Assembly: GCA_964016885.1 (NCBI GenBank)
Contig: OZ024749.1
Location: forward strand, 23,436,001-23,500,000
DNA: 64,000 nt
From: Eledone cirrhosa
Lineage: Eukaryota
Direction: 5' to 3'
Position 1 is the first letter of the stretch. The number at the start of each line of letters is the position of its first letter. Below, piece after piece: positions 13,505 through 25,249 of this stretch. The notes under the pieces were generated by a model. The model searched no databases and had not been told where the DNA came from. It was given only the letters and a program-made list of their open reading frames with translations. The position numbers and the translations under genes are program-made.

Positions 13505-14875
13505 TCAGTATGTCTGCTTGTCTGTCAGCATCTCTGTCTGTCTATCTGTAACTCTGTCAGTCTCTCTACTGTCTATATGTCTGTCTATCTCTCTGTCAGT
13601 CTATCTCTCTGTCAGTCTATCTGTAACTCTGTCAATCTTTCTGTCAATATGTCAGTCACTCTGTCTGTCTATCTCTCTGTCAGTCTATCTGTCTGTCTAT
13701 CTCTATGTCTATCTATCTGTCAATCTGTCAGTCACTCTGTCTGTCTATCTCTGAGCCACTCTGCCTGTCACTCTGTCAGCATCTGTGTCTGTCTATCTGT
13801 AACTATGTCAGTCTCTCTGCTCTCTATATGTCTGTCTATCTCTCTGTCAGTCTATCTGTCTGTCTATCTCTCTGTCTATCTATCTGTCAATCTGTCAGTC
13901 ACTCTGTCTGTCTATCTCTCAGCCAATCTGCCTGTCACTCTGTCAGCATCTATGTCTGTCTATCTGTAACTCTGTCAGTCTCTTTGCTCTCTATCTGTCT
14001 GTCTATCTCTCTGTCAGTCACTCTGTCTGTCTATCTCTCTGTCAGTCTATCTGCCTGTCTATCTCTTTGTCTATCTATCTGTCAATCTGTCAGTCACTCT
14101 GTCTGTCTATCTCTCAGCCAATCTGCCTGTCACTCTGTCAGCATCTCTGTCTGTCTATCTGTAACTCTGTCAGTCGCTCTGTCATCCTCAGTTTGTCTGT
14201 CTATCTCTCTGTCAGTCTATCTGTCTGTCTATCTCTTTGTCTATCTATCTGTCAATCTGTCAGTCACTCTGTCTGTCTATCTCTGAGCCACTCTGCCTGT
14301 CACTCTGTCAGCATCTGTGTCTGTCTATCTGTAACTCTGTCAGTATCTCTGCTCTCTATCTGTCTGTCTATCTCTCTGTCAGTCTATCTGCCTGTCTATC
14401 TCTTTGTCTATCTATCTGTCAATCTGTCAGTCACTCTGTCTGTCTATCTCTCAGCCAATCTGCCTGTCACTCTGTCAGCATCTCTGTCTGTCTATCTGTA
14501 ACTCTGTCAGTCGCTCTGTCATCCTCAGTTTGTCTGTCTATCTCTCTGTCAGTCTATCTGTCTGTCTATCTCTTTGTCTATCTATCTGTCAATCTGTCAG
14601 TCACTCTGTCTGTCTATCTCTGAGCCACTCTGCCTGTCACTCTGTCAGCATCTGTGTCTGTCTATCTGTAACTCTGTCAGTATCTCTGCTCTCTATCTGT
14701 CTGTCTATCTCTCTGTCAGTCTATCTGTCTGTCTATCTCTTTGTCTATCTATCTGTCAATCTGTCAGTCACTCTGTCTGTCTATCTCTCAGCCAATCTGC
14801 ATGTCACTCTGTCAGCATCTCTGTCTGTCTATCTGTAACTATGTCAGTCTCTCTGTCATCCTCAATTTGTCTGTA
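13505..14875. repeat. ~168-bp tandem satellite built from TCTG/TCTA motifs, with a 337-bp dimeric period
   Basis: Equivalent positions at 14067, 14237, 14404 and 14574 give spacings of 170, 167 and 170. Confidence 0.9.
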
Positions 14876-15461
14876 CGTCTTTTGCATCTGTTTGTCTGTT
14901 AGTTTTTCTCTCTATCATTCACACTGTCTGTTTCTCCCGTGTCTATTTCTTCATCACTCTCTCTCTCTTTCTCCCCCTCTCTATTTCTCTCACTCATCCA
15001 CTTCCTATCCCCTTCATCTTTATTTATTTCTATGAGCTCCCTTTTTAATCTCTCATCAGATCTTCCTACTCGTTTCTCTCCACACCCCCTCCTCTCTCTC
15101 TCACTCATACTATCTCTCCCTGTAAGCCCTATCTCCTTATATAGACAACATCATATATGTCCCTGTCTCCCTCTAACTATCACTCCCTATACGCCGTATC
15201 ACATTATATTGACACCATAAACGCCTGCAGCAGGTCTTTTGGATTCTTCACATAAGCATCGTTCAAATCCACACGTTGAATATCTTGTGATGATGGTTGA
15301 TAACAATGGTGGAGTATGTTGTATCGTTGGAGGTCATGGTGGTATATGTTGTATTGTTGATAGTAATGGTGGAGTAGTGTGAGGAACATGGTTGACATTA
15401 ATGGCAGAGTATGTTGTGATGATGATGGTAAAGTAACTGTTGTTGTGTTGGTGTTGGTGTC

Positions 15462-18400
15462 GTTGGTGATATCTTCATGACTCTGTAGCTGTTGCTGGTG
15501 GTGGTGTCACTAGTGATATCTTCAAGACTCTGTAGCTGTTGCTGGTGGTGGCGTCACTAGTGATATATTCATGACTCTGTAGCTGTTGCTGGTGGTGGTG
15601 TCACTAGTGATATCTTCAAGACTCTGTAGCTGTTGCTGGTGGTGGCGTCACTAGTGATATCTTCATGACTCTGTAGCTGTTGGTGGTGGTGGCGTCACTA
15701 GTGATATATTCATGACTCTGTAGCTGTTGCTGGTGGTGGCGTCACTAGTGATATCTTCATGACTCTGTAGCTGTTGGTGGTGTTGGCGTCACTAGTGATA
15801 TTTTCATGACTCTGTAGCTGTTGGTGGTGGTGGCGTCACTAGTGATATTTTCATGACTCTGTAGCTGTTGCTGGTGGTGGCGTCACTAGTGATATCTTCA
15901 TGGCCATGCAACTGTTGTTGGTGTTGGCGTCACTAGTGATATCTTCATGACTCTGTAGCTGTTGCTGGTGTTGGCGTCACTAGTGATATGTTCTTGACTC
16001 TGTAGCTGTTGCTGGTGTTGGCGTCACTAGTGATATCTTCATGACTCTGTAGCTGTTGGTGGTGGTGGCGTCACTAGTGATATTTTCTTGACTCTGTAGC
16101 TCTTGGTGGTGTTGGCGTCACTAGTGATATCTTCATGACTCTGTAGCTGTTGCTGGTGTTGGCGTCACTAGTGATATTTTCATGACTCTGTAGCTGTTGG
16201 TGGTGGTGGCGTCACTAGTGATATTTTCATGACTCTGTAGCTGTTGCTGGTGGTGGCGTCACTAGTGATATCTTCATGGCCATGCAACTGTTGTTGGTGT
16301 TGGCGTCACTAGTGATATCTTCATGACTCTGTAGCTGTTGCTGGTGTTGGCGTCACTAGTGATATGTTCTTGACTCTGTAGCTGTTGCTGGTGTTGGCGT
16401 CACTAGTGATATCTTCATGACTCTGTAGCTGTTGGTGGTGGTGGCGTCACTAGTGATATTTTCTTGACTCTGTAGCTCTTGGTGGTGTTGGCGTCACTAG
16501 TGATATCTTCATGACTCTGTAGCTGTTGCTGGTGTTGGCGTCACTAGTGATATTTTCATGACTCTGTAGCTCTTGTTGGTGTTTGCGTCACTAGTGATAT
16601 TTTCTTGACTCTGTAGCTGTTGGTGGTGGTGGCGTCACTAGTGATATTTTCTTGACTCTGTAGCTGTTGGTGGTGGTGGCGTCGCTAGTGATATTTTCTT
16701 GACTCTGTAGCTCTTGGTGGTGTTGGCGTCACTAGTGATATCTTCATGACTCTGTAGCTGTTGCTGGTGTTGGCGTCACTAGTGATATTTTCATGACTCT
16801 GTAGCTGTTGGTGGTGGTGGCGTCACTAGTGATATTTTCTTGACTCTGTAGCTCTTGGTGGTGTTGGCGTCACTAGTGATATCTTCATGACTCTGTAGCT
16901 GTTGGTGGTGGTGGCGTCACTAGTGATATTTTCATGACTCTGTAGCTGTTGGTGGTGGTGGCGTCACTAGTGATATTTTCTTGACTCTGTAGCTCTTGGT
17001 GGTGTTGGCGTCACTAGTGATATCTTCATGACTCTGTAGCTGTTGGTGGTGGTGGCGTCACTAGTGATATTTTCATGACTCTGTAGCTGTTGGTGGTGGT
17101 GGCGTCACTAGTGATATTTTCTTGACTCTGTAGCTCTTGGTGGTGTTGGCGTCACTAGTGATATCTTCATGTCTCTGTAGCTGTTGGTGGTGTTGGCGTC
17201 GCTAGTGATATCTTTATGCCCATGTGGCTGTTCTTGCTGGTGGTGTCACTAGTGATGTCATTATGGACATGTAGCTGTTGTTGGTGCTGGTGTCACTAGT
17301 GATATCTTCATAGCCATGCAACTGTTGTTGGTGTTGGTGTCACTAGTGATATCTTTATGGCCATGCAACTGTTGTTGGTGTTGGTGTCACTAGTGATATC
17401 TTCATGGCCATGCAACTGTTGTTGGTGTTGGTGTAGCTAGTGATATCTTCATGGCCATGCAACTGATGTTGGTGTTGGTGTAGCTAGTGATATCTTCATG
17501 GCCATGCAACTGTTGTTGGTGTTGGCGTCACTAGTGATATTTTCATGACTCTGTAGCTGTTGCTGGTCTTGGCGTCACTAGTGATATCTTCATGACTCTG
17601 TAGCTGTTGGTGGTGGTGGCGTCACTAGTGATATTTTCATGACTCTGTAGCTGTTGGTGGTGGTGGCGTCACTAGTGATATCTTCATGACTCTGTAGCTG
17701 TTGGTGGTGGTGGCGTCACTAGTGATATTTTCATGACTCTGTAGCTGTTGGTGGTGGTGGCGTCACTAGTGATATTTTCATGACTCTGTAGCTCTTGGTG
17801 GTGTTGGCGTCACTAGTGATATTTTCATGACTCTGTAGCTCTTGGTGGTGTTGGCGTCACTAGTGATATCTTCATGTCTCTGCAGCTGTTGGTGGTGTTG
17901 GCGTCGCTAGTGATATATTTATGCCCATGTGGCTGTTGTTGGTGTTGGTGTCACTAGTGATATCTTCATGGCCATGCAACTGTTGTTGGTGTTGGTGTCA
18001 CTAGTGATATCTTCATGGCCATGCAACAGTTGTTGGTGTTGGTGTAGCTAGTGATATCTTCATGGCCATGTAACTGTTGTTGGTGTTGGTGTAGCTAGTG
18101 ATATCTTCATGGCCATGCAACTGTTGTTGGTGTTGGTGTAGCTAGTGATATCTTCATGGCCATGCAACTGTTGTTGGTGTTGGTGTAGCTAGTGATATCT
18201 TCATGGCCATGCAACTGTTGTTGGTGTTGGTGTAGCTAGTGATATCTTCATGGCCATGCAACAGTTGTTGGTGTTGGTGTACCTAGTGATATCTTCATGG
18301 CCATGTAACTGTTGTTGGTATTGGTGTAGCTAGTGATATCTTCATGGCCATGCAACTGTTGTTGGTGTTGGTGTAGCTAGTGATATCTTCGTGTCCATGT

Positions 18401-18480
18401 GGCTGTCTTGCTGATGGTGTCACTAGTGATATTTTCGCGTCTATGTAGCTGTTGATGGTGTTGGTGTCGCTAGTGGTATT
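15462..18480. repeat. 47-bp minisatellite, ~64 copies
   Basis: Unit GATATCTTCATGACTCTGTAGCTGTTGCTGGTGGTGGCGTCACTAGT, with two main variants. Confidence 0.97.
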
Positions 18481-19888
18481 TTTCTTCCTATGTGTATGTT
18501 ATTGATGGTGTTCGTGGCATTGAGCTGGTTATATAGATCTCGACAATGGTACGTGCGTGGCCATATCCTTGTCCTTGATGTTAGTGGTATTGACGTGGTT
18601 ATGTTGTTATTGTTCATATTGGTGTTGGTAATGGTATTCTCGTGGTTATATTGATGGCCTTGATATCAGGGCAGTATGACGTATTCTCGTGGTTATATGA
18701 CTGGTTTGGTGTTAAAGCTGTGAGTCGTATTTCGTGTTGATATGTATGTGTAGATAAATAAAGCAGGAGCTGTTACTGAGTGGTGTTCTCTGAATTATTG
18801 TTGTTGTTCTAACTAGGTATTTTTCTTTTTTGTAAAGCAATATCAGAATGGATATAGCCATGAGTAATATAAAGTAATATATGAATTGCGATATATACCC
18901 CGAAGTTATCAGGAATCTGAAGAGAAATATATATTTCTAATACAGACAAGATGCAAATCTATATTTTTACAATACCTCCCCATCCAAAAGCAACAACTGG
19001 AACTGATTTGAATGCAATTTTACGTACATACCTACATACATATATGGATACACACAAAAACTGGTACTTAGTGTAATTGGGATCTGGACCCCAACTCCTT
19101 TAGACTGTCATAAGAAAAAGAAAAATGAAGATGGCCGCCTGGGGTTGATTATGATTTTCTTTAACAGTTTAAACAAAGGCAGATAATTTGGAAATTAGTT
19201 AAAAAACACAACACAACACCGGTTTCTACATATTCGTTTAAAGTTGCAAAGTAACAATACGTATTTCTATGGTCTGGTTACATCATCAGAGGAAGAATTA
19301 TAAATCTGATGACGTCATCAGTTGTAAATTGCAAGGATTAGGTAATCAATTACAGGATTACACCAAATATAAACAGAGAATACAATTGATCGCTGTTATA
19401 GTTGACACGGACCACCTCCAAATATATGTATGCATATATCTGTATTCTTCTGGTGTTATAATTTCACAAATGTTTGCTAATAGAGAGAGAGTTGGTTACT
19501 AACATAGATACAAGACTCACTCATTGGAATTTAAAGAACATCAACTAGATAAAAATGTATGCATGTGTATGCAGGTATGGATGTTAATATATGTGTGGAT
19601 GAGTATGTTTTGAGGTGTATGTGTGTATATGCATGTATCTTGTATGTGTACATGTGTATATGTAGTTATTAGATGCAGAATTTTTGGACCGTTTTACATA
19701 TTTTTACTGTTCCATTAAGGGATTGTACATGTAATTTGTAGATAATTGTAGATTTCTCATTTGATATGCATGTATGTATGGTAGTGTGTAGGTGTATGTG
19801 TATGTATGTATGTATGCATGTATGTGTGTATGCATGTATGTATGTATGTATGTGTGTATGCATGTATGTATGCATGTATGTATGTATG

Positions 19889-19937
<49 letters not shown>

Positions 19938-20000
19938 GATACATCATCGTTTACCAATCTGAACACTGAGTTCTACCCACTGGTGAACAACCTAATATAA

Positions 20001-20075
20001 ATTTCATTCTGATGAGCGATTACAGATGTCTGTGTCGAGCTTGTCTGACTTCGTGAAACCTTTGGTAAATGGAAT
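20001..20075 (+). ncRNA. Canonical type I hammerhead ribozyme
   Basis: ATTTCATT-CTGATGA-GCGA..TCGT-GAAA-CC(TTT)GG-TA-AATGGAAT. Stem I is 8 bp and the triplet is GUA. Confidence 0.85.
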
Positions 20076-20101
20076 AATTGTCTTATGTTGTTTATGACAT
20101 A

Positions 20102-20176
<75 letters not shown>

Positions 20177-20208
20177 TAAGATCAAAAGATGGTTAAAGGA
20201 GTTCCATG

Positions 20209-20279
20209 TATTTTACTATGCGCATTTCAAAAACAAACATCATCATGCAATAATATTTGTGTTTTCATCAGATAAAACA
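20209..20279 (-). ncRNA. Hammerhead ribozyme, left arm of the 333-bp palindrome
   Basis: Reverse complement of 20403-20473. Confidence 0.8.
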
Positions 20280-20402
20280 GGAGAACATGATATGAAGGCT
20301 AAAAAACACTTGTGGATAGTGCAGTTTTAAATCAACATATCATATGTTGATTTAAAACTGCACTATCCACAAGTGTTTTTTAGCCTTCATATCATGTTCT
20401 CC

Positions 20403-20473
20403 TGTTTTATCTGATGAAAACACAAATATTATTGCATGATGATGTTTGTTTTTGAAATGCGCATAGTAAAATA
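20403..20473 (+). ncRNA. Type I hammerhead ribozyme, right arm of the palindrome
   Basis: TGTTTTAT-CTGATGA-AAACACAAATATTA..TGATGTTTGTTTTT-GAAA-TGCGCA-TA-GTAAAATA. Confidence 0.8.
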
Positions 20474-20617
20474 CATGGAACTCCTTTAACCATCTTTTGA
20501 TCTTATATTATGTATACTCCAGTCCTACAAACTGTAGAGTGCTTCTTATCCGATATCTGCATTGCTTTATTGTACTACAATAAAACTCACCTCATACATA
20601 TATATATATATATATAT

Positions 20618-20813
20618 AGGAATGAGTAGGACCTCGACGGCTGAGCTCAAGTCGTTTCGACGGCTAATTCTGGACTGGGTCCAGAATTAGTGTCGAGACG
20701 GCTTGAGCTCAGCCGTCGAGGTCCTACTCGTTCCTATTACCCACTCTACTACCCTAAGTATTGAGTACTTTGGTGCGTTATGGTCCACCTGGTTCCTTAC
20801 CACATTTCCTTCG

Positions 20814-20815
<2 letters not shown>
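20618..20815 (+). mobile_element. Short pLTR-only insertion of the same PLE family (variant subfamily) with an inverted 5' arm
   Basis: 20680-20815 closely matches 24445-24583, and 20618-20677 is an inverted copy of part of it. Flanked by TA runs. Confidence 0.85.
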
Positions 20816-20865
<50 letters not shown>

Positions 20866-20875
20866 GTATATATGT

Positions 20876-20906
<31 letters not shown>

Positions 20907-20918
20907 GGAACCAGTAAG

Positions 20919-21012
20919 ACCCCGACAGCTGAGCTCAAGCCGTTTCGACGGCTAATTCTGGACTAAATGAAAATTTATCCTGGTATTTAAATAGCCGATC
21001 TTCTCAAGGGGT
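20919..21012 (-). ncRNA. Type I hammerhead ribozyme with U3-A8 core, in the PLE pLTR
   Basis: Minus strand reads ACCCC-TTGAGAA-GATCGGCTA..TAGCCGTC-GAAA-CGGC(TTGAGCTCA)GCTG-TC-GGGGT. All three stems pair and the cleavage triplet is GUC. Confidence 0.75.
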
Positions 21013-22118
21013 AATTCCATATATGGTCAAAGTGATTGTCAAAAATCAGTAGTAATTCTGTGGTTGCAAATTAGTAGGGGAGATGGTGGCTAAACCTGCC
21101 AGTAGGAGAAAGAGGGGAGGGGGTGGAGTAGACCCAATCAAGCGTTGGTAGTGCCAGCTACAGCTGGGCATGAGGTCAAAGAAGATACAGGGGAGGGAGA
21201 GGGGGAGGAAGTCGGAACGGTAGGTAGAACAATGGGGGGTAGACATAGGAAAGAAAAAATACTGAGAGTGAAGAAAAGCAAATCAGTGTAAAGAAAAAAG
21301 TAAAGTAAATTAAATTCTACGACCTAGGTGTCAGGCTATTGTTAGGCGAGAATAAAATAAAGAAAGAAAGAAAGAAGTAAATAAATAAATAAATAAATAA
21401 ATAAGGAAATAAGTAAGAGAACTAGGTGGGACGAATAAGGCAAGGACCCTTTTAAGAGGTATAAGTACGTAAATGATACGGTGACGGGTCAACAAAAGGG
21501 GCCAAAATACTAAAGAGACTACCACGAAATAAACAATAAATGTTTCCATCCCGGGCCAGCAACGACCCAGTGCAGCAAAGTGAACTTGTACGAGATAATA
21601 ATTCTGAGTCCCGAGAAAAATATATACTAATGCTAACTCTAAAAGATCTAAAACAAGCTACAAGAAAGTTCGTACGAAATAAAGGTAGAATACGGAGAAA
21701 TAAATTCAGAATCCACCCCGCCCAGAAGAAAAGCGAAGCAAGAAATACTGAAACGAAAAAATAAGGCATAAGTGCCACTAAGAAATATAGAGGGCACAGA
21801 GAATAGTGGGAGCGGTCGGAAAAAGGGGGAAAGTATCCGGGGTCTAAGCCAACTGCTATAAAGGGCGGAGTCCGCCAAATCTATCAAAGACTAGGGGAGG
21901 GAGGGGGGGGTACTAAGGCTACATGGGGCCAAAGGGCAGCCTCGGGTGGGCGAGAAAAGACGCCGACAAAGGAGAAGAGCTGGGGTAGAAGGACAAAGGA
22001 GAGAGGGGGGAAGGAAATAAAGGAAGCGATAAAAGAATACAAAGAAGATCTTACGTCTTCCTTGGCAAGTAGGGGTTACCCATTGCAAAATCGGCAACTG
22101 GGGTGTTATAGCCCTAGT

Positions 22119-24272
22119 CTACCCCCCCGGGTCATTATGGGGTTTGAGGGCGAGGTAAGTCCTACGCAATCTATGTTTACATGCAGTAACCAGTTCATCT
22201 TTCTTGTTTAGGAGTTGGTCCGTCGAAAACAGCATTTGTAAAGTTTCCTCCGAGCATAAATTGCACGGACGGCGTCCTCCCGTGTAAGAATTGGCTCTGG
22301 ACAGTAATCTCCAAGTGAGATCATAGGTGATGTTGTTGTCCTTGAGGTCCCATATGTGGCCCGAAAGTGTAGTGGCGTGACGCCGGGCCGGGTTTCGGAA
22401 GGTATGTCTATGTTGGTATAGCCGGGTCTTGAAGTCACATGCGGTAAGTCCTATATAGGCTTTGTTGGAGGTATCCGTCCTCACGTTGCACTGGTAGATC
22501 ACATTACGGTCTCTGCATCTATTGTCGAGTGGGCAAATAGATCTATCCGGGCAGTTACACCTCCTGGTCGGTTCTCCACTGCTAATTAGGTTATTTCTGC
22601 CATCGGGGTTGAGTTTTTTGTTGTTAGAGGAGACGATGTTTTGTGCGAAGTTTGGTGTAGTGCTGTAAGAGAGTTTGATGGTATTTTTGTTAATTATGTT
22701 GTGGTAGCGGTGTTGTAATGGGAAGTGTTTTTCAATGAGCCTAAAGAATAGTTTCCCGATGGGAGTAGTCACCTCTGCGTTGTGGGGAGGATTGAACCAT
22801 GTTACATTGCGTGAGCGGCGGTGTCTCCTGCTGGTTCCGCTAATGGGAGCTGGACAGTAGGATATTTCCTCCCGGAAACCACTCCGCTTGAGGGCCTGGT
22901 TGTAATAAGGCGCATGTTCATCGAATATCTGCTCATTAGCTGACAAACGGGATATGCGGAGGGAGATGTTTTTGACCAGGTTGTTTGTGATGTTCCTAGG
23001 ATGGTTTGATCGGCGGTGGATGTAGTGCAGATTGTCATTAGGTTTCCTGTATGGATAGTACAGGTCGTTTTCGAGGTCGAGGGTTACGTCCAGGAAGTTT
23101 ACTCGGGTCAGGGACGTTTGTAGGGTTATTTTAAATCCCCAGTCGCGGAAGAATCTGATTAATTGTTTCCGGACCCGATCTGTACTACTGGGGTTGTACC
23201 CGTTAAGGGTAAGGAGCCCATCATCACGGTACAATCCACCACCGAATGCAGGAAGCATATCAGTGAGTTTGGCTATTAGAAATAATCCTATAAGATCAGT
23301 GACCTCCGCCGAATCCGTGGCGCCCATGCTGACGTCGAAGGGTGAGTCGGGAGCTCTTTTTATCCATTTAGAGTCGTCAAAGAGTAAGACTGTCTTCCTG
23401 GCGTGGAGGATGATTTTTCTTTCCTGGTCGGTGATGGGCACGAGTGTTTCGGCGAAGTCCAAGGCGGCAGTAAGTAGCGGTAAGGTGATTGAAGCATAGT
23501 AGCTCTCTATGTCGAACTGTATGAATTTAGTTTCTCGTTTATCCTCCATATTGCTGAACCAGGAGATTACTTCCTGGGTGTTGATCCATAGGCTAAGTCG
23601 GGTGTGTTGCTTGACTTTTGGTATCACGCGGTCTAGGATTTTTTTGCTGATTCTCCCTATGTCGGACTTCGTTGGGTTAATAAGCCTGATGGAGGGTTTA
23701 CGGTCAAAATCGGATTTATGGTCCTTCAGTGTGAAGTATGGTGTCCGTGGGTCTAGAGGTTCCGTGCGGTCGGCGACCCCGAGGCTGGAGGTGATTTGTT
23801 GTCCATCTCGATTTATGTCCTCGATACAAGAGTGGTTCGCCTTTTTATAGGTGGAGTTTAGGCTGCTCCTGATCAGTGTGTGGAATCTGTCAGGGTTGAC
23901 AAAGTATAGGTTCCCAGTTTTATCCGAATGCACCATGATGTCATTTGTGTTATCATACTCTGTTAAGTTGCTACGGAGTTTTTGTAGGAATCGGTTGTGT
24001 CTGGGTTTAAATTTAATGTTCCTGACCAGCTGAAAGAGGTCATTCTCGAAGGGTGCGAGCAAGGGGTTCAGGGGCGGAGATTTGTAGGTAATAAATCCGA
24101 ATCTCTCCTTGGCGCCGAAGTCCTGGTTGTCGCAACATCTGTCATAGAAAAAAGTTCTCCATCTAAGTCTTTTCGCAAATAGATCAATTTTTTGCGTGAG
24201 CATCCGAAGGTAAAGTTTTTTCGGTGGGATTGGGATGTTCTTGGTAGAGAAGTCAATGTTGTGTTTTCGCAT
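22119..24272 (-). CDS. Penelope-like element polyprotein (reverse transcriptase + C-terminal GIY-YIG endonuclease), uninterrupted, ~717 aa from ATG 24272
   Basis: Open frame with RT motifs FIQFDIESYY, MGATDSAEVTDL, LYRDDGL and FLDVTLDL; a Cys-rich linker CNCPDRSICPLDNRC; GIY-YIG motif NVIYQCNV...AYIGLT...FKTRLYQH; and a terminal CNLCSEE. Confidence 0.95.
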   Translation of the reverse strand: MRKHNIDFSTKNIPIPPKKLYLRMLTQKIDLFAKRLRWRTFFYDRCCDNQDFGAKERFGFITYKSPPLNPLLAPFENDLFQLVRNIKFKPRHNRFLQKLRSNLTEYDNTNDIMVHSDKTGNLYFVNPDRFHTLIRSSLNSTYKKANHSCIEDINRDGQQITSSLGVADRTEPLDPRTPYFTLKDHKSDFDRKPSIRLINPTKSDIGRISKKILDRVIPKVKQHTRLSLWINTQEVISWFSNMEDKRETKFIQFDIESYYASITLPLLTAALDFAETLVPITDQERKIILHARKTVLLFDDSKWIKRAPDSPFDVSMGATDSAEVTDLIGLFLIAKLTDMLPAFGGGLYRDDGLLTLNGYNPSSTDRVRKQLIRFFRDWGFKITLQTSLTRVNFLDVTLDLENDLYYPYRKPNDNLHYIHRRSNHPRNITNNLVKNISLRISRLSANEQIFDEHAPYYNQALKRSGFREEISYCPAPISGTSRRHRRSRNVTWFNPPHNAEVTTPIGKLFFRLIEKHFPLQHRYHNIINKNTIKLSYSTTPNFAQNIVSSNNKKLNPDGRNNLISSGEPTRRCNCPDRSICPLDNRCRDRNVIYQCNVRTDTSNKAYIGLTACDFKTRLYQHRHTFRNPARRHATTLSGHIWDLKDNNITYDLTWRLLSRANSYTGGRRPCNLCSEETLQMLFSTDQLLNKKDELVTACKHRLRRTYLALKPHNDPGG

Positions 24273-24580
24273 GGTGCGGGTGAAATGAATTGAGCTTAGC
24301 GGAAAAGTCTGGATACGGCGTGGTAGGGTCGGAAAGTGCTCTACTACGGGAGTAGGAGCTAGATAACGAAGGAAATGTGGTAAGGAACCAGGTGGACCAT
24401 AACGCACCAAATGCTATTTAAATACCAGGATAAATTTTCATTTAGTCCAGAATTAGCCGTCGAAACGGCTTGAGCTCAGCTGTCGGGGTCTTACTGGTTC
24501 CTATTACCCACTCTACTACTTCAAGTATTGAGTACTTTGGTGCGTTATGGTCCACCTGGTTCCTTACCACATTTCCTTCG

Positions 24581-24622
<42 letters not shown>

Positions 24623-24786
24623 AGCACCTGTTGATTTTCCCTTCAATTTATAAATAAATATTGACATACCCTGAAAAAAAGGACAACCTTAACGGTTGGA
24701 GCTTCCTGGAAATTGTTGAGTGCTTTATATCAGTTATAAACATGTTTAAGCTTGTTGAATCCCAACAAATTAAATATAACCTCTGC

Positions 24787-24835
<49 letters not shown>

Positions 24836-24838
<3 letters not shown>

Positions 24839-24922
24839 CGAAGGAATTGTGGTAAGGGACCAGATGGACCATAACGCACCAAAGTACTCAGTACTTAGGG
24901 TAGTAGAGTGGGTAATAGGAAC
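24836..24922 (-). mobile_element. pLTR terminal fragment of the same PLE
   Basis: Reverse complement of the pLTR end at about 24497-24583, lying between TA runs. Confidence 0.8.
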
Positions 24923-24930
24923 AAGTTGTT

Positions 24931-25040
<110 letters not shown>

Positions 25041-25172
25041 AGAAGAAACAAGGTCTGAGTAGTTGCTGGATAAGGTGTACTTATAAATAAGGGGAAACCA
25101 CGGGAGAAAATTTTCCTACATCAGTTGTCTGCTTGGGATCATGAATTGTGTTGTTATTTCTGTTTACCTTTT

Positions 25173-25226
<54 letters not shown>

Positions 25227-25249
25227 GCACAATTTCATTGAAGGTGATA

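Larger units (their letters stand above)
20907..24583 (-). mobile_element. Full-length Penelope-like retroelement: ~1.2 kb 3' region/pLTR, ORF, and inverted 5' pLTR fragment, inserted in (TA)n
   Basis: 24413-24503 is the reverse complement of 20907-20996. 24363-24411 is inverted relative to 24535-24583. Both ends abut TA runs. Confidence 0.9.

Noticed and set aside
13264-15035. Ser/Leu/Val/Cys-rich ORFs
   Set aside because: By-products of the TCTG/TCTA satellite.
15462-18480. Mucin-like exon or CRISPR array
   Set aside because: The 47-bp period breaks frame and contains stops. There are no unique spacers or cas genes, and the context is eukaryotic.
19300-19325. CTGATGA as a hammerhead core
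   Set aside because: It is part of the palindrome CTGATGACGTCATCAG, with no properly placed GAAA or stems.
23194-24182. Plus-strand ORFs within the PLE, and minus-strand ORFs within the R4/Dong elements
   Set aside because: Antisense shadows of the RT ORFs.
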